Source of the DNA: an uncultured Eremococcus sp.
GTDB lineage: Bacteria > Bacillota > Bacilli > Lactobacillales > Aerococcaceae
Assembly: GCA_943914835.1 (NCBI GenBank)
Contig: CALUDO010000001.1
Coordinates: 125,608 to 189,607 of the forward strand
Direction: 5' to 3'
Length of the DNA: 64,000 nucleotides
Shown here piece after piece: positions 9,249-19,191 of this stretch. Under the pieces are notes generated by a model. The model was not told the DNA's origin. It worked only from the letters and a program-made list of their open reading frames with translations, and searched no databases. The translations under genes and the position numbers were made by a program. How positions within the stretch are numbered: position 1 is the stretch's first letter; each line of letters starts with the position of its first letter.

Positions 9249-10145
9249 ATGGAAATTCAATGGACCTACCAGGGCCTGACCCCTATCAGTGTGAAAGAAT
9301 TTGTAAAGATTCAAGGATTGCCTCGTAAATTCATGGCAGCAGTTAAGCACCAGGGCGGTAGAATCTTGGTCAACTACCAAGATGTCACTGTTAGAGCAAT
9401 ACTTCGACCTGGAGACCAGCTTGTCATCGTCCCTCCAATTGAAGCAGGACATGATAGCGTTCCACCCTCAGATATACCCATTGATATTGTATTTGAGGAT
9501 CGAGATTTGCTTGTGGTTAATAAGCCGATACAAACTGTCTCCATTCCTTCTTTGAAGAATCCCGATAGCTCTATGGCAAATCGAATTAAAGGATATTACG
9601 TCAACCAGGCATATGATGATCAAGTGATACATATTGTGACCCGTCTTGATCGAGATACCACAGGCTTGATGTTAGTGGCTAAGCATCGCTTGGCGCATGC
9701 CTTTCTAGATAAACAACTCCAAGCAGGTGATTTAAAGAAGTATTATATGGCTATTAGTCAGGGCACTCAGTGGGAGACTCATGGACAGATTCAGGCCCCA
9801 ATTGCACGGAATCCAGAATCGATTATTAGTCGCCGGGTGCATTCGTCAGGGCAAGCAGCAGTCACCCTCTATGAAAGATTGGAAACCTATCCAGATGGCT
9901 GTCTTCTACGCTTGCATTTACTGACTGGACGTACTCATCAGATCCGAGTGCATCTAGCTCATCTGGGAGGGCCTCTAGTGGGAGATACCTTATACCAAGG
10001 AAGGGTTTCTTCGCCTATCTATCGTCAGGCTCTTCATTGTAGTGAATTGAATTTTGTTCACCCCTTTAGTCACCAAAGAATTCATTTAAAAGCAGACCTA
10101 CCACCAGACATGGCAACTTGGCTTGATCAGCGTCGTTCAGTATAG
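9249..10145 (+). CDS. rluD: RluA-family 23S rRNA pseudouridine synthase (RluD/YjbO-like)
   Basis: S4 domain plus catalytic HRLDRDTTGLMLVAK motif. The probable start is ATG 9249 after GGGAGG; the ORF track begins at 9228. Confidence 0.8.
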   Translation: MEIQWTYQGLTPISVKEFVKIQGLPRKFMAAVKHQGGRILVNYQDVTVRAILRPGDQLVIVPPIEAGHDSVPPSDIPIDIVFEDRDLLVVNKPIQTVSIPSLKNPDSSMANRIKGYYVNQAYDDQVIHIVTRLDRDTTGLMLVAKHRLAHAFLDKQLQAGDLKKYYMAISQGTQWETHGQIQAPIARNPESIISRRVHSSGQAAVTLYERLETYPDGCLLRLHLLTGRTHQIRVHLAHLGGPLVGDTLYQGRVSSPIYRQALHCSELNFVHPFSHQRIHLKADLPPDMATWLDQRRSV

Positions 10146-10163
10146 AAAGAGAGGGACCTATAG

Positions 10164-11528
10164 ATGGAAGTATTTAAAAGAAGTTTAGACGAAAACATTG
10201 AAATTATTCACAGCTTGTTAGCTAATAATCGGATGACCCGATTCCGCACAGAGTTCTTAGTTTTACATAGCTATGATCGGGCTCAAATTTTTGAGGCCCT
10301 GGAAGAGGAGGACCGTAAAAAAGTCTACCAATATTTATCACCAACTGAACTAGGAGATATTTTTGATATGCTGGAATTAGAGGACGAGTTAGCAGTCCAG
10401 TATTTTGATGAAATGTCAAACTCTTACGCTGCCAGTGTTCTGGGAGCTATGTACTCAGATAATGCTGTTGATATTATTAATCAAATGAAAGATAAAAATT
10501 TGGTGAATATTTATCTCCACTTGATGCCCGTCGAGGCTGCTCGAGAAATTTCCAAATTAATGAACTACCTTGAGGAAACAGCTGGGTCTATAATGACTTC
10601 TGAGTTCATCTCTATACAAGAAGATCTTACTTTAGGGGACGCCTATCGAAACTTGCGAAAAGTCGCTAACGATGTTGAAAGTATCTACTATGTCTATGTG
10701 GTTGATGATGAAGATCGCCTAACGGGTGTGCTTTCTCTGAGAGATTTAATTATTAATGAAGAAGACAAACTCGTTAAGGACTTTATGAATCGGCGTGTCA
10801 TGGCTGTTCAGGTTAATGATAACCAGGAAGAAGTAGCTCAAATGGTTCAAGATTATGACCTTTTAGCCCTGCCTGTTGTTGGTTTTGATCAAGTCTTACT
10901 GGGACTAATTACTGTTGACGATATTATGGATGTTATTCGGGAAGAGGCTGACAGTGATTACTCCGGTTTGGCAGCCGTTGATGTTTCTGAACAACACGTA
11001 ACACCTTTTTCAGCTGCCCGCAGTCGCTTGCCCTGGTTAATTACCCTTCTTTTCCTTGGTATGGGAACCTCAACAGTCATTAGTCAATATGGGGAAGTTA
11101 TTTCTTCTGTAAGTATCTTGTCAGCCTTTGTTACCTTGATTACGGGTACAGCAGGGAATGCTGGGACTCAATCTTTAGCTGTGGCAGTTCGAAAGTTAAC
11201 TTCCAAATCTGAAGATGATGATTTCTTCTCATCGATTTCTTTTGAATTGCTGACTGGGGCTATTACAGGTTTAGTGGTCGGCTTGTCAGTCATGGTAATC
11301 GTTCTTGTTTGGCAACGCAATTTGGTTTTAGGCGCTATTATTGGCTTTGCCATGATGATGGCTATTATTGTTGCTAATTTAGCAGGATCTTTAATACCTA
11401 AGTTTATGGACCGTTTAGGATTTGATCCGGCTGTTGCGTCTGGTCCTTTTATTTCAACCTTGTCTGACTTGACCTCTGTCTTTATTTACTTCTCAATTGC
11501 CTCTTTCTTCTTAAATTTCTTGAAATAA
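10164..11528 (+). CDS. mgtE: Magnesium transporter MgtE
   Basis: N-domain, tandem CBS domains, then five TM helices with the conserved GxAGN and DxxS motifs. Confidence 0.9.
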   Translation: MEVFKRSLDENIEIIHSLLANNRMTRFRTEFLVLHSYDRAQIFEALEEEDRKKVYQYLSPTELGDIFDMLELEDELAVQYFDEMSNSYAASVLGAMYSDNAVDIINQMKDKNLVNIYLHLMPVEAAREISKLMNYLEETAGSIMTSEFISIQEDLTLGDAYRNLRKVANDVESIYYVYVVDDEDRLTGVLSLRDLIINEEDKLVKDFMNRRVMAVQVNDNQEEVAQMVQDYDLLALPVVGFDQVLLGLITVDDIMDVIREEADSDYSGLAAVDVSEQHVTPFSAARSRLPWLITLLFLGMGTSTVISQYGEVISSVSILSAFVTLITGTAGNAGTQSLAVAVRKLTSKSEDDDFFSSISFELLTGAITGLVVGLSVMVIVLVWQRNLVLGAIIGFAMMMAIIVANLAGSLIPKFMDRLGFDPAVASGPFISTLSDLTSVFIYFSIASFFLNFLK

Positions 11529-11635
11529 ATAATTAATAAAATAAGAGGCTGTCAGCTTAGATATTTTTTGATAGAATAAGAGAGTAACCTTAAATGAGAT
11601 AAAATATATATAGGAGAGATATAGGAGGAGCCAGA

Positions 11636-12322
11636 TTGACTAGTTTGAACGACCTTTCTTTGAGTTTGATGGGCTATAGTCGCAAGCAGGTCACTGATTT
11701 AATGAATCAGAAAGATGCAGAGATTAAAGAATTAAAGGAACGCTTGGATGAAGCAGAAGGTAAGCAATCCGATATACTTGAAGAATTAGAACGGTATAAA
11801 CAGCTGGAAAGAACGCTGCAGGACGGTATTATTGATGCGCGTGAGAAGGGAAACCAGATTATTGATCAGTCCAATCAAGAAGCATCCCTTTTAATGAATC
11901 AAGCTGAAGAACAAATAATCCAATATAAAGAAGATTTTGTATATCATTCGCATGAACTAATTGATTCTGGTAGTGATTTGAAAAATCATTTAAATACAAT
12001 GAAAGACCGCATGCAAGAGATTCTAGAGGAATACCAAGAAATCTTAGAATCTACCAATTTTGATCGGATTTATCCGCGTAAGAAGATGGAACAATTCTCT
12101 ATGCAGGTTGAAAGTTTTGAAGCTGATACAATAAATAAAATGTCAGGACCAAGTTCATATAATGCTGAGGCAAATCTGTCAGACCAGGAAAAAGAAGAAT
12201 TAAAACGGTTAATTTCAGATGTCATTGATAATGAGGAAGAAGATCAAAACGCTCAAGAAATAGAACAGGAAACGAGTGACAAATCTGCTGATAAATTATT
12301 AACTTTTAGAAATATGGGATAA
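11636..12322 (+). CDS. DivIVA-domain coiled-coil protein (TTG start)
   Basis: N-terminus LSLSLMGYSRKQVTDLMNQKDAEIKELKERL resembles the DivIVA/GpsB lipid-binding domain, followed by a long acidic coiled coil. TTG start 7 nt after AGGAGG. Confidence 0.5.
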   Translation: MTSLNDLSLSLMGYSRKQVTDLMNQKDAEIKELKERLDEAEGKQSDILEELERYKQLERTLQDGIIDAREKGNQIIDQSNQEASLLMNQAEEQIIQYKEDFVYHSHELIDSGSDLKNHLNTMKDRMQEILEEYQEILESTNFDRIYPRKKMEQFSMQVESFEADTINKMSGPSSYNAEANLSDQEKEELKRLISDVIDNEEEDQNAQEIEQETSDKSADKLLTFRNMG

Positions 12323-12401
12323 GGATATAGGAGAACACTTTGAGGCCTGGCCTTGAGTGTTCGACTTTTTTGTTAATAGACTGAGAGAAGTGAGGTATTC
12401 A

Positions 12402-13979
12402 ATGAATAAAGACTTACAGGAACAAGTTAGTCGGCGACGGACCTTTGCTATTATTTCCCATCCGGACGCAGGGAAGACCACTATAACTGAACAATTGCTC
12501 TTATTTTCTGGGGCTATTCGTCAGGCTGGGACTGTTAAAGCCAAGGGTAAGAAATCGAATAAATTTGCTAAGTCAGATTGGATGGAAATTGAGAAACAAA
12601 GAGGGATTTCAGTGACATCTTCTGTTATGCAGGTGGATTATGATGGACACCAGGTCAATATTGTGGATACCCCAGGCCATGAGGATTTCTCTGAAGATAC
12701 CTATCGTACTTTAATGGCTGTCGATGCGGCAGTCATGGTAATCGATTCTGCAAAAGGGATTGAACCACAGACTAAACGATTATTTGAGGTTGTTAGTCAT
12801 CGAGGTATTCCAATTTTCACCTTTATGAATAAGTTAGACCGAGACGGAAGGGAAGCGCTCGATTTAGTGGAGGAGTTGGAAGAAGTATTAGGCATTAACG
12901 CTCATATTATGAATTGGCCTATGGGAATGGGATCCAATTTATTGGGACTCTATGACCTATACAACCAGCGACTAGAATTGAAACGCGAAGAGGACGATAG
13001 CCATTATCTGCCTTTGAATGACCAAGGGGAAGTGGATGGAGATTATGATTTTAAGGAATCCTCTATCTATACCCAGGCCTTAGAAGATGCAATGCTACTT
13101 TCTGAAGCAGGCAACCCCTTTGATCTTGAGGCAATCCAGCAAGGGAAATTAACCCCCGTTTTCTTTGGTTCAGCTTTAACAGGCTTTGGTGTTCAGACAT
13201 TCTTTGACGCTTTTATTGACCTAGCACCAGCTCCATCAGCGATGGAGACTATGTCAGGTGATTTCATAGAGCCAAGTGAGGATCGCTTTACCGGTTTTAT
13301 TTTTAAAATCCAGGCCAACATGAATCCAGCCCACAGAGACCGAATTGCTTTTATCCGAATTTGTTCAGGCCAATTCGAAAAAGGTTTAACTACAAACCTT
13401 CAGCGGACTGGCAAAACGTTATCAATGTCTCATACCACGCAATTTATGGCAGATTCCCGCGAAGAAGTTACCAGAGCAGTAGCTGGAGATATTATAGGTC
13501 TCTATGATACTGGCCTTCTTCAAATCGGGGATACCCTTTATGAGGGTAAACAAGAGCTAGCCTTTCCTCCTTTACCCCAATTTACTCCTGAACTTTTTAT
13601 GAAAGTTTCTCCGAAGAATGTTATGAAGCAAAAATCCTTCCATAAGGGAATCAATCAGTTGGTTCAAGAGGGAGCGATTCAATTGTATAAGACTTATCAC
13701 ACTGATGATTATATTATTGGAGCGGTTGGCCAGCTCCAGTTTGAGGTCTTCCAATACAGGCTGAAACATGAATATAACTCAGAGGTTGATATGACCCCGA
13801 TGGGGCATAAGATTGCGCGTTGGATTAAACCGGAAGACCTAGATCCCAAGATGTCATCCAGCCGTAATATCTTAGCCAAGGACCGATTTGACCGTCCTGT
13901 TTTTCTATTTGAGAACCAATTTGCTGAAAATTGGTTTATTTCTAAGTACCCAGATATTCACCTAGAAAAACTGTTATAG
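12402..13979 (+). CDS. prfC: Peptide chain release factor 3
   Basis: [27 protein letters not shown]... GTPase G1-G4 motifs. Probable start ATG 12402 after AGTGAGG; the ORF track begins at 12357. Confidence 0.9.
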   Translation: MNKDLQEQVSRRRTFAIISHPDAGKTTITEQLLLFSGAIRQAGTVKAKGKKSNKFAKSDWMEIEKQRGISVTSSVMQVDYDGHQVNIVDTPGHEDFSEDTYRTLMAVDAAVMVIDSAKGIEPQTKRLFEVVSHRGIPIFTFMNKLDRDGREALDLVEELEEVLGINAHIMNWPMGMGSNLLGLYDLYNQRLELKREEDDSHYLPLNDQGEVDGDYDFKESSIYTQALEDAMLLSEAGNPFDLEAIQQGKLTPVFFGSALTGFGVQTFFDAFIDLAPAPSAMETMSGDFIEPSEDRFTGFIFKIQANMNPAHRDRIAFIRICSGQFEKGLTTNLQRTGKTLSMSHTTQFMADSREEVTRAVAGDIIGLYDTGLLQIGDTLYEGKQELAFPPLPQFTPELFMKVSPKNVMKQKSFHKGINQLVQEGAIQLYKTYHTDDYIIGAVGQLQFEVFQYRLKHEYNSEVDMTPMGHKIARWIKPEDLDPKMSSSRNILAKDRFDRPVFLFENQFAENWFISKYPDIHLEKLL

Positions 13980-14056
13980 AAAGCTTCTAGTAAGCGAATA
14001 GTCAAGCGTAAAATCTTGTACTATTTGTGAATAAATGATAGTATCTTAAGAAAGAA

Positions 14057-14085
14057 GCTGATTTATCAGCTAATAATCATCAAAG
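14057..14085 (+). promoter_or_regulatory. Putative ptsHI promoter
   Basis: TTGTAC-17-TAGTAT pattern about 40 nt upstream of ptsH. Coordinates are approximate. Confidence 0.3.
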
Positions 14086-14097
14086 GAGTAAACGATT

Positions 14098-14364
14098 ATG
14101 GAAAAAAGAGACTTTAATGTAATTGCAGAAACTGGAATTCACGCACGCCCAGCAACTTTATTGGTGCAAACGGCTAGTAAATTTGCGTCAGACTTAAACC
14201 TAGTTTACAAAGAAAAATCTGTGAACTTGAAGTCTATCATGGGAGTAATGTCACTTGGAGTTGGTCAAGGCTCAGATGTTACTATTACTGCTGAAGGTGA
14301 AGATGAAGCCGAAGCAATTGCTGCGATTGAAGAAACCATGAAAAAAGAAGGACTTTCAGAATAA
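14098..14364 (+). CDS. ptsH: Phosphocarrier protein HPr
   Basis: GIHARPAT (His15) and [10 protein letters not shown] (Ser46) motifs. Confidence 0.95.
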   Translation: MEKRDFNVIAETGIHARPATLLVQTASKFASDLNLVYKEKSVNLKSIMGVMSLGVGQGSDVTITAEGEDEAEAIAAIEETMKKEGLSE

Positions 14365-16091
14365 TGACAGTCAATCAAGTAAAAGGGATTGCGGCTTCGG
14401 ATGGTATCGCAATTGCCCCTGTTTATCTCTTGGAAGACCCTGACTTATCCTTTGATACCAAGCAAATAGAAGATAGGGATGGAGAAGTGGCTCGCTTTGA
14501 AGAAGCGGTTGACCAAGCGACTCAAGAAATTACCCAAATTCGTGACATAGCTGCTGAAAGCCTAGGTGCAGCTGAAAGTCAGGTCTTTGAAGCTCACTTA
14601 CTTTTCCTATCGGATCCAGAATTTACTGGACAAGTAAGCCAAAAAATTAAAGACGAAGGTAAGAATGCTGAGGCTGCTTTGAAAGAGGTAGCTGATAATT
14701 TCTATGCCATTTTCTCTGCTATGGAGGATAATCCTTATATGCAAGAAAGAGCGGCTGATGTAAAAGATGTTTCAGAACGCATCTTAGCAGCCCTTTTAGG
14801 TGTTAAACTACCTAGCCCAGCCACCATTCAAGATGAGGTTATCATTGTGGCTAAGGACTTGACACCAAGTGATACGGCTCAATTGAATAAGAAGTTCGTA
14901 AAGGCTTTTGTGACTAATATAGGTGGACGTACGTCTCACTCTGCTATTATGGCGCGTTCGTTGGAAATCCCAGCCATTGTGGGGAGTCAGACGATAACGG
15001 ATCAAGTTAAAGATGGTGACTTACTTATTGTAGATGCTTTGGAAGGGGAAGTTATTATTAACCCTAACCAAGATCAAGTTGACCACTACCATAAGAAAGC
15101 GTCTGACTTTGATCAACAGAAAGCGGAGTGGGCTAAGTTAGTGGATGCAGATACTCTATCTGCGGATGGTCATGCTGTTGAGCTAGCTGCTAATATTGGG
15201 ACACCCAAAGATGCTCAAGGGGCTATTGATAATGGAGCTCAAGCGATTGGCTTGTATCGTACGGAATTCTTATACATGGATTCTCCAGACTTTCCAAGTG
15301 AGGAAGATCAGTACCAAGCCTATAAGGATGTTCTAGAAGCCATGGATGGTAAGCCAGTAGTTGTTCGGACCATGGATATTGGTGGGGACAAAGAATTGCC
15401 TTATTTAGATCTGCCGGAGGAAATGAATCCCTTCTTAGGTTACCGTGCCATTCGAATTTCTCTAGATCGACAAGATATGTTTAAGACTCAATTACGTGCG
15501 CTATTAAGAGCCTCAGTGCACGGATCATTGCGGATTATGTTCCCTATGATTGCAACATTGGCTGAGTTTAGAGCTGCTAAAGCTGTTTTAGAAGAAGTTC
15601 GTCAAGACCTCAAAGCCGAGGGTGTGGCTATGGATGAAGATGTTCAAGTAGGTATTATGGTTGAAATTCCAGCGGCAGCTGTTCTCGCTGATCAATTTGC
15701 TAAAGAAGTTGATTTCTTCTCAATAGGTACTAATGATTTGATTCAATATTCAATGGCTGCAGACCGTATGAATCAAGCTGTTTCTTACCTCTACCAACCC
15801 TATAATCCATCTCTACTTCGTTTGATCAAGCATGTCATTGATGCTTCTCATAAAGAAGGTAAATGGACGGGAATGTGTGGTGAAATGGCTGGAGATCAAA
15901 CGGCAGTACCACTCCTTTTAGGTCTTGGCTTAGATGAATTTTCTATGTCAGCGTCAAGTATTTTGAAAACTAGGAGCCTCATTAGCCGTTTAGAGCTCGG
16001 TCAAGTTCAAGAACTTGCTAGCCAAGCTGTGAATGAGTGTGCTACAGCTGAAGAAGTAGTCGACTTAGTTAATAAAGTGTTAGCAGAATAG
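14364..16091 (+). CDS. ptsI: PTS enzyme I
   Basis: 575 aa PEP-protein phosphotransferase (..GGRTSHSAI..); TAATG overlap with ptsH. Confidence 0.95.
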   Translation: MTVNQVKGIAASDGIAIAPVYLLEDPDLSFDTKQIEDRDGEVARFEEAVDQATQEITQIRDIAAESLGAAESQVFEAHLLFLSDPEFTGQVSQKIKDEGKNAEAALKEVADNFYAIFSAMEDNPYMQERAADVKDVSERILAALLGVKLPSPATIQDEVIIVAKDLTPSDTAQLNKKFVKAFVTNIGGRTSHSAIMARSLEIPAIVGSQTITDQVKDGDLLIVDALEGEVIINPNQDQVDHYHKKASDFDQQKAEWAKLVDADTLSADGHAVELAANIGTPKDAQGAIDNGAQAIGLYRTEFLYMDSPDFPSEEDQYQAYKDVLEAMDGKPVVVRTMDIGGDKELPYLDLPEEMNPFLGYRAIRISLDRQDMFKTQLRALLRASVHGSLRIMFPMIATLAEFRAAKAVLEEVRQDLKAEGVAMDEDVQVGIMVEIPAAAVLADQFAKEVDFFSIGTNDLIQYSMAADRMNQAVSYLYQPYNPSLLRLIKHVIDASHKEGKWTGMCGEMAGDQTAVPLLLGLGLDEFSMSASSILKTRSLISRLELGQVQELASQAVNECATAEEVVDLVNKVLAE

Positions 16092-16112
16092 TGATACACA
16101 ATCTAATAATTC

Positions 16113-16146
16113 AAAAAGGACAAGCCCAGTGCTTGTCCTTTTTTGG
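16113..16146. terminator. Bidirectional terminator between ptsI and folT
   Basis: AAAAAGGACAAGC-CCAGT-GCTTGTCCTTTTTT. Confidence 0.8.
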
Positions 16147-16170
16147 TGTTTGAAAAAGTCATACTTTTTA

Positions 16171-16713
16171 TTAGAATTGGTAACGTTGAATAAATTTTTT
16201 AATTGTTGGGATATTAAATAGGAAATATAAAATGGCGGTATTTAAGGGGAATGAAATTAAGTTTTTGATAATTCGCATAGGCATGAAAACTGACCAGGCC
16301 TTCCCGTACATCATACGAATCCATATGGAATTCATTCCGATGTTAACAATTAAAGTAATTGCTAAGACAGCCAAAGCAATTTGTTTCAAACTGGTAGGTT
16401 TCCGCCATAGGAATAAGCCATAAAGCAGCCCCCCCACGGCTGCTGATAGGGTGAACCCTAAGAAAAATTGTTTTCCGTGAAGCATGGCTGTAATTAAGTC
16501 ATTGGCAATGGATACGATTAAAGCGTACCAGGGTCCAAAAAGGATACCGGAGAGAGCGGTTCCTACAAATCCTACTCCAATTTGCACCAGTTTACCAAAA
16601 TCTAACGATGGTAAGAAACTCAAAACGATGCGTAAGCCTAAAATAATACCTAGTAATGTCACTTGAATAGTACTTAATTTGCCTGGAAGGCGATAACTTG
16701 TTTGTTTTTGCAA
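16171..16713 (-). CDS. folT: ECF transporter S component, folate family (FolT-like)
   Basis: 180-aa membrane protein with 5-6 TM helices. TTG start after AAGGAGAG. Sits directly downstream of a THF riboswitch (see the 16741-16866 feature). Confidence 0.7.
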   Translation of the reverse strand: MQKQTSYRLPGKLSTIQVTLLGIILGLRIVLSFLPSLDFGKLVQIGVGFVGTALSGILFGPWYALIVSIANDLITAMLHGKQFFLGFTLSAAVGGLLYGLFLWRKPTSLKQIALAVLAITLIVNIGMNSIWIRMMYGKAWSVFMPMRIIKNLISFPLNTAILYFLFNIPTIKKFIQRYQF

Positions 16714-16740
16714 AATAAACTCTCCTTTAATATAGATTCC

Positions 16741-16866
16741 AGAGAGCTACATATCTTTTTTATTTATGTAGCGAATGCAAAGTAAGACCGCAACCCATTG
16801 TTGTGTTTTCGTTTATGAGCAACATTCCATCTCATAACACTTAACGCCTTACTTTTACTCTGACTG
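16741..16866 (-). promoter_or_regulatory. THF (tetrahydrofolate) riboswitch with SD-sequestering expression platform
   Basis: Minus-strand RNA AGAGUAAAAGUAAGGCGUUAAGUGUUAUGAGAUGGAAUGUUGCUCAUAAACGAA...GGUCUUACUUUGCAUUCGCU matches the THF aptamer consensus (GCGUUAAGUG, AUGG.AUG loop, ACGAA, GCAUYCGCU) with compensatory P2, P3 and pseudoknot pairings. Downstream hairpin GCUACAUA/UAUGUAGC plus CUCUCU is complementary to the SD. Confidence 0.8.
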
Positions 16867-17111
16867 ATTCAAAATGACTTGTCCAAACACAGTATCTGCT
16901 CCTACAAATACGACCTCACTATAGCACGTTTATTTGCTGATGTATAGGGTAAGAAAGGGGTAACAAATAAATTTCACAATATACATTTAATATAAGCTTG
17001 AAGCTACAAGAGTCTGTAGGTAAATTGCACAATTTTTAAATAGACTTTTATTTTTTTTAGAAATTGTCTATAATTGGCCATAAGAAGAATAAGAAAGTAG
17101 GAGGTGGCCTT

Positions 17112-18338
17112 ATGAATATTGGTTTCTTTACGGATACATATTTCCCCCAGATATCTGGAGTTTCGACATCAATTTCTATTTTGAAGAAGGAATTAGAAGC
17201 CAGAGGACACCGAGTCATTATTTTTACGACTTCAGACCCTAAGGCTCACAAGGATGAGACCATCGTTCGATTACCAAGCCTGCCTTTTATTTCTTTTTCT
17301 GATAGAAGGGTAGCTTACCGCGGATTTGATAAGTGTCTAAAGATTGCAAGACGGATGGATTTGGATATTATTCATACTCATACAGAATTCTCTTTGGGTC
17401 TGGCTGGTCAATACGTAGCTTCCCGCTTACATATACCCGTTGTTCATACCTACCATACTATGTATGAACGATACACCCATTATATAGCTGATGGCTTAAT
17501 TATTGGTCCATCAGAGGTTAAGGTCTTGACCCGTCAATTCTGTTCCTTAGCGGGCGGAATTATTGTTCCTTCTCGATTGACCTACGATACTCTATTGGAA
17601 TATGGTGTTAAAACCCCCATGAAGGTGATTCCGACTGGGATACCAATTGATTATTGTGACCACCTGAATAACCAAGCTCTTAGGGAGGATTTGGGTATAA
17701 CGGATCAAGATATTGTCTTTATTTCCCTATCTCGTTTGAGTAAAGAGAAGAGTATAGACCAAGTCATAGTAGCCTTTAAAGATATCATCAAGGCCCTACC
17801 TCAAGCGAAGTTGGTTATTGTGGGGGGTGGGCCGGAGAGAGAGAACCTAGAGAAGCTAGCTCAGGAAATACCAGATGACCGCGTAAAGTTTGTGGGAGAA
17901 GTTGACCATGAAGAAGTCGATAAGTATTACCAACTAGGTGATGTCTATATCAATGCTTCAGACTCTGAAACCCAGGGTCTAACCTATATTGAGAGTCTGG
18001 TGAATCACGTGCCAGTGATTGCCAAGAAAAATGATTACCTAGAGACAATTTTTGAGGGAGATTCTCACTTCGGCTGCTTATATCAAGAAGAAGATGAATT
18101 GGTTGCAGTAGCTGTTCAGTATGCACAAGATGTGAAGAACAAAGTGATTCCTCCTATCAACAATAACCAACTCTTTAGTATTTCTTCTGAGAAATTTGGT
18201 CAGTCGGTAGAGGATTTCTATCGGGAAATTTTGGCAGATCCACAGAATTATAAGCATTCTATGTACAACCGAATTCAACAATCAATGAAAGATTTTGTTC
18301 GTGAGTTAGTATTGGGAAGTGAGGAAAATCATGACTAA
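17112..18338 (+). CDS. GT4 glycosyltransferase, diacylglycerol glycolipid synthase-like (alMGS/BgsB-type)
   Basis: MNIGFFTDTYFPQISGVSTSI... N-terminus is characteristic of 1,2-diacylglycerol 3-glucosyltransferases. The C-terminal EX7E-type GT4 domain is present. ATG 17112 follows AGGAGGTGG. Confidence 0.7.
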   Translation: MNIGFFTDTYFPQISGVSTSISILKKELEARGHRVIIFTTSDPKAHKDETIVRLPSLPFISFSDRRVAYRGFDKCLKIARRMDLDIIHTHTEFSLGLAGQYVASRLHIPVVHTYHTMYERYTHYIADGLIIGPSEVKVLTRQFCSLAGGIIVPSRLTYDTLLEYGVKTPMKVIPTGIPIDYCDHLNNQALREDLGITDQDIVFISLSRLSKEKSIDQVIVAFKDIIKALPQAKLVIVGGGPERENLEKLAQEIPDDRVKFVGEVDHEEVDKYYQLGDVYINASDSETQGLTYIESLVNHVPVIAKKNDYLETIFEGDSHFGCLYQEEDELVAVAVQYAQDVKNKVIPPINNNQLFSISSEKFGQSVEDFYREILADPQNYKHSMYNRIQQSMKDFVRELVLGSEENHD

Positions 18339-19190
18339 GATTGGGTTTATTGGTTTGGGAATCATGGGCCACTCTATGGCTCAACACCTCTTGGAAGACT
18401 ATCCTTTGTATGTTTATAATCGAACCCAATCTAAAGCTGACGACTTGGTGGCCTCGGGGGCTCACCGGTGTAAAAGACCGGCTGATTTGGTAGAACAAGT
18501 GGATGTCGTTCTTACCATCTTAGGCTATCCTGGAGATGTAAAAGAAGTATATTTGGGTGAGGAAGGACTCTTAGCTCATTGTCATCCAGGACAAATTATG
18601 ATTGATTTAACGACTTCTTCCCCTAGCTTGGCTGAGATGCTTTATCAAAAGGGGTAGGATTATCAAGTGGATATATTCGACGCACCCGTTTCTGGAGGGG
18701 ATATCGGTGCTAGACAGGGCCGTTTATCCGTTATGGTAGGTGGACCAGAGGAGAAATTTGACCAGGTTAAAGATATTTTGAGCCGATTTGCTAGCCAAGT
18801 GACTTATTTCGGTCCAGCTGCTAGTGGTCAACATGCTAAGATGGCCAATCAAATTATGGTCGCTGGCACTATGTTAGGTATGTGTGAAGCATTAGCTTAT
18901 GGCAATCAAGCTGGTTTAGACTTAGAAGATGTTATTACTACACTGTCCGGAGGTGCGGCAGCCAATTTCTCTTTAGTAAACTACGGTCCCCGAATTTTGA
19001 AAGATGATTATTCACCTGGCTTCTTCGTTAAACATTTTATAAAGGACTAGGGATTGCCCTAGAGGAAGCTGAAAAGTCTGGCTTACAAGTCCCTATGACC
19101 CAATTGGCCAGCCTCCTATATACCAAGCTGGCTGACCAGGGTATGGATGAATTAGGAAGTCAGGCTTTAATGAAATTGTGGTGGAAGTAA
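18331..19190 (+). pseudogene. Disrupted NAD(P)-dependent oxidoreductase, 3-hydroxyisobutyrate/6-phosphogluconate dehydrogenase family (B. subtilis yqeC-position), one nonsense codon plus one -1 frameshift
   Basis: N-terminal MTKIGFIGLGIMG Rossmann motif. An in-frame TAG at 18655-18657 interrupts ..LYQKG*DYQVDIFDAPVSGG... The frame is lost at 19048-19050 (..HFIKD* then GIALEEAEKSGLQVPMTQLASLLYTKLADQGMDELGSQALMKLWWK continues in the +2 frame to 19190). All three pieces together span a full-length homologue. Confidence 0.7.
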
Positions 19191-19191
19191 G

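Noticed and set aside
10145-10164. M-box (Mg) riboswitch ahead of mgtE
   Set aside because: Only 18 nt separate rluD and mgtE, which is no room for an about 160-nt M-box. mgtE appears co-transcribed with rluD.
12323-12401. Strong terminator between the DivIVA-like gene and prfC
   Set aside because: The GGCC-centred inverted repeat (ACACTTTGAGGCC/GGCCTTGAGTGT) is imperfect and I could not resolve a convincing stem. Left unannotated.
16232-16666. Two plus-strand ORFs (63 and 60 aa) inside folT
   Set aside because: Antisense to a hydrophobic membrane-protein gene. No SD, and typical shadow ORFs.
18319-19050. Treating the 112-aa and 127-aa ORFs as two separate genes
   Set aside because: They share one frame, separated only by a TAG, and together with the downstream +2-frame segment they reconstitute a single dehydrogenase. 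Called as a pseudogene instead.
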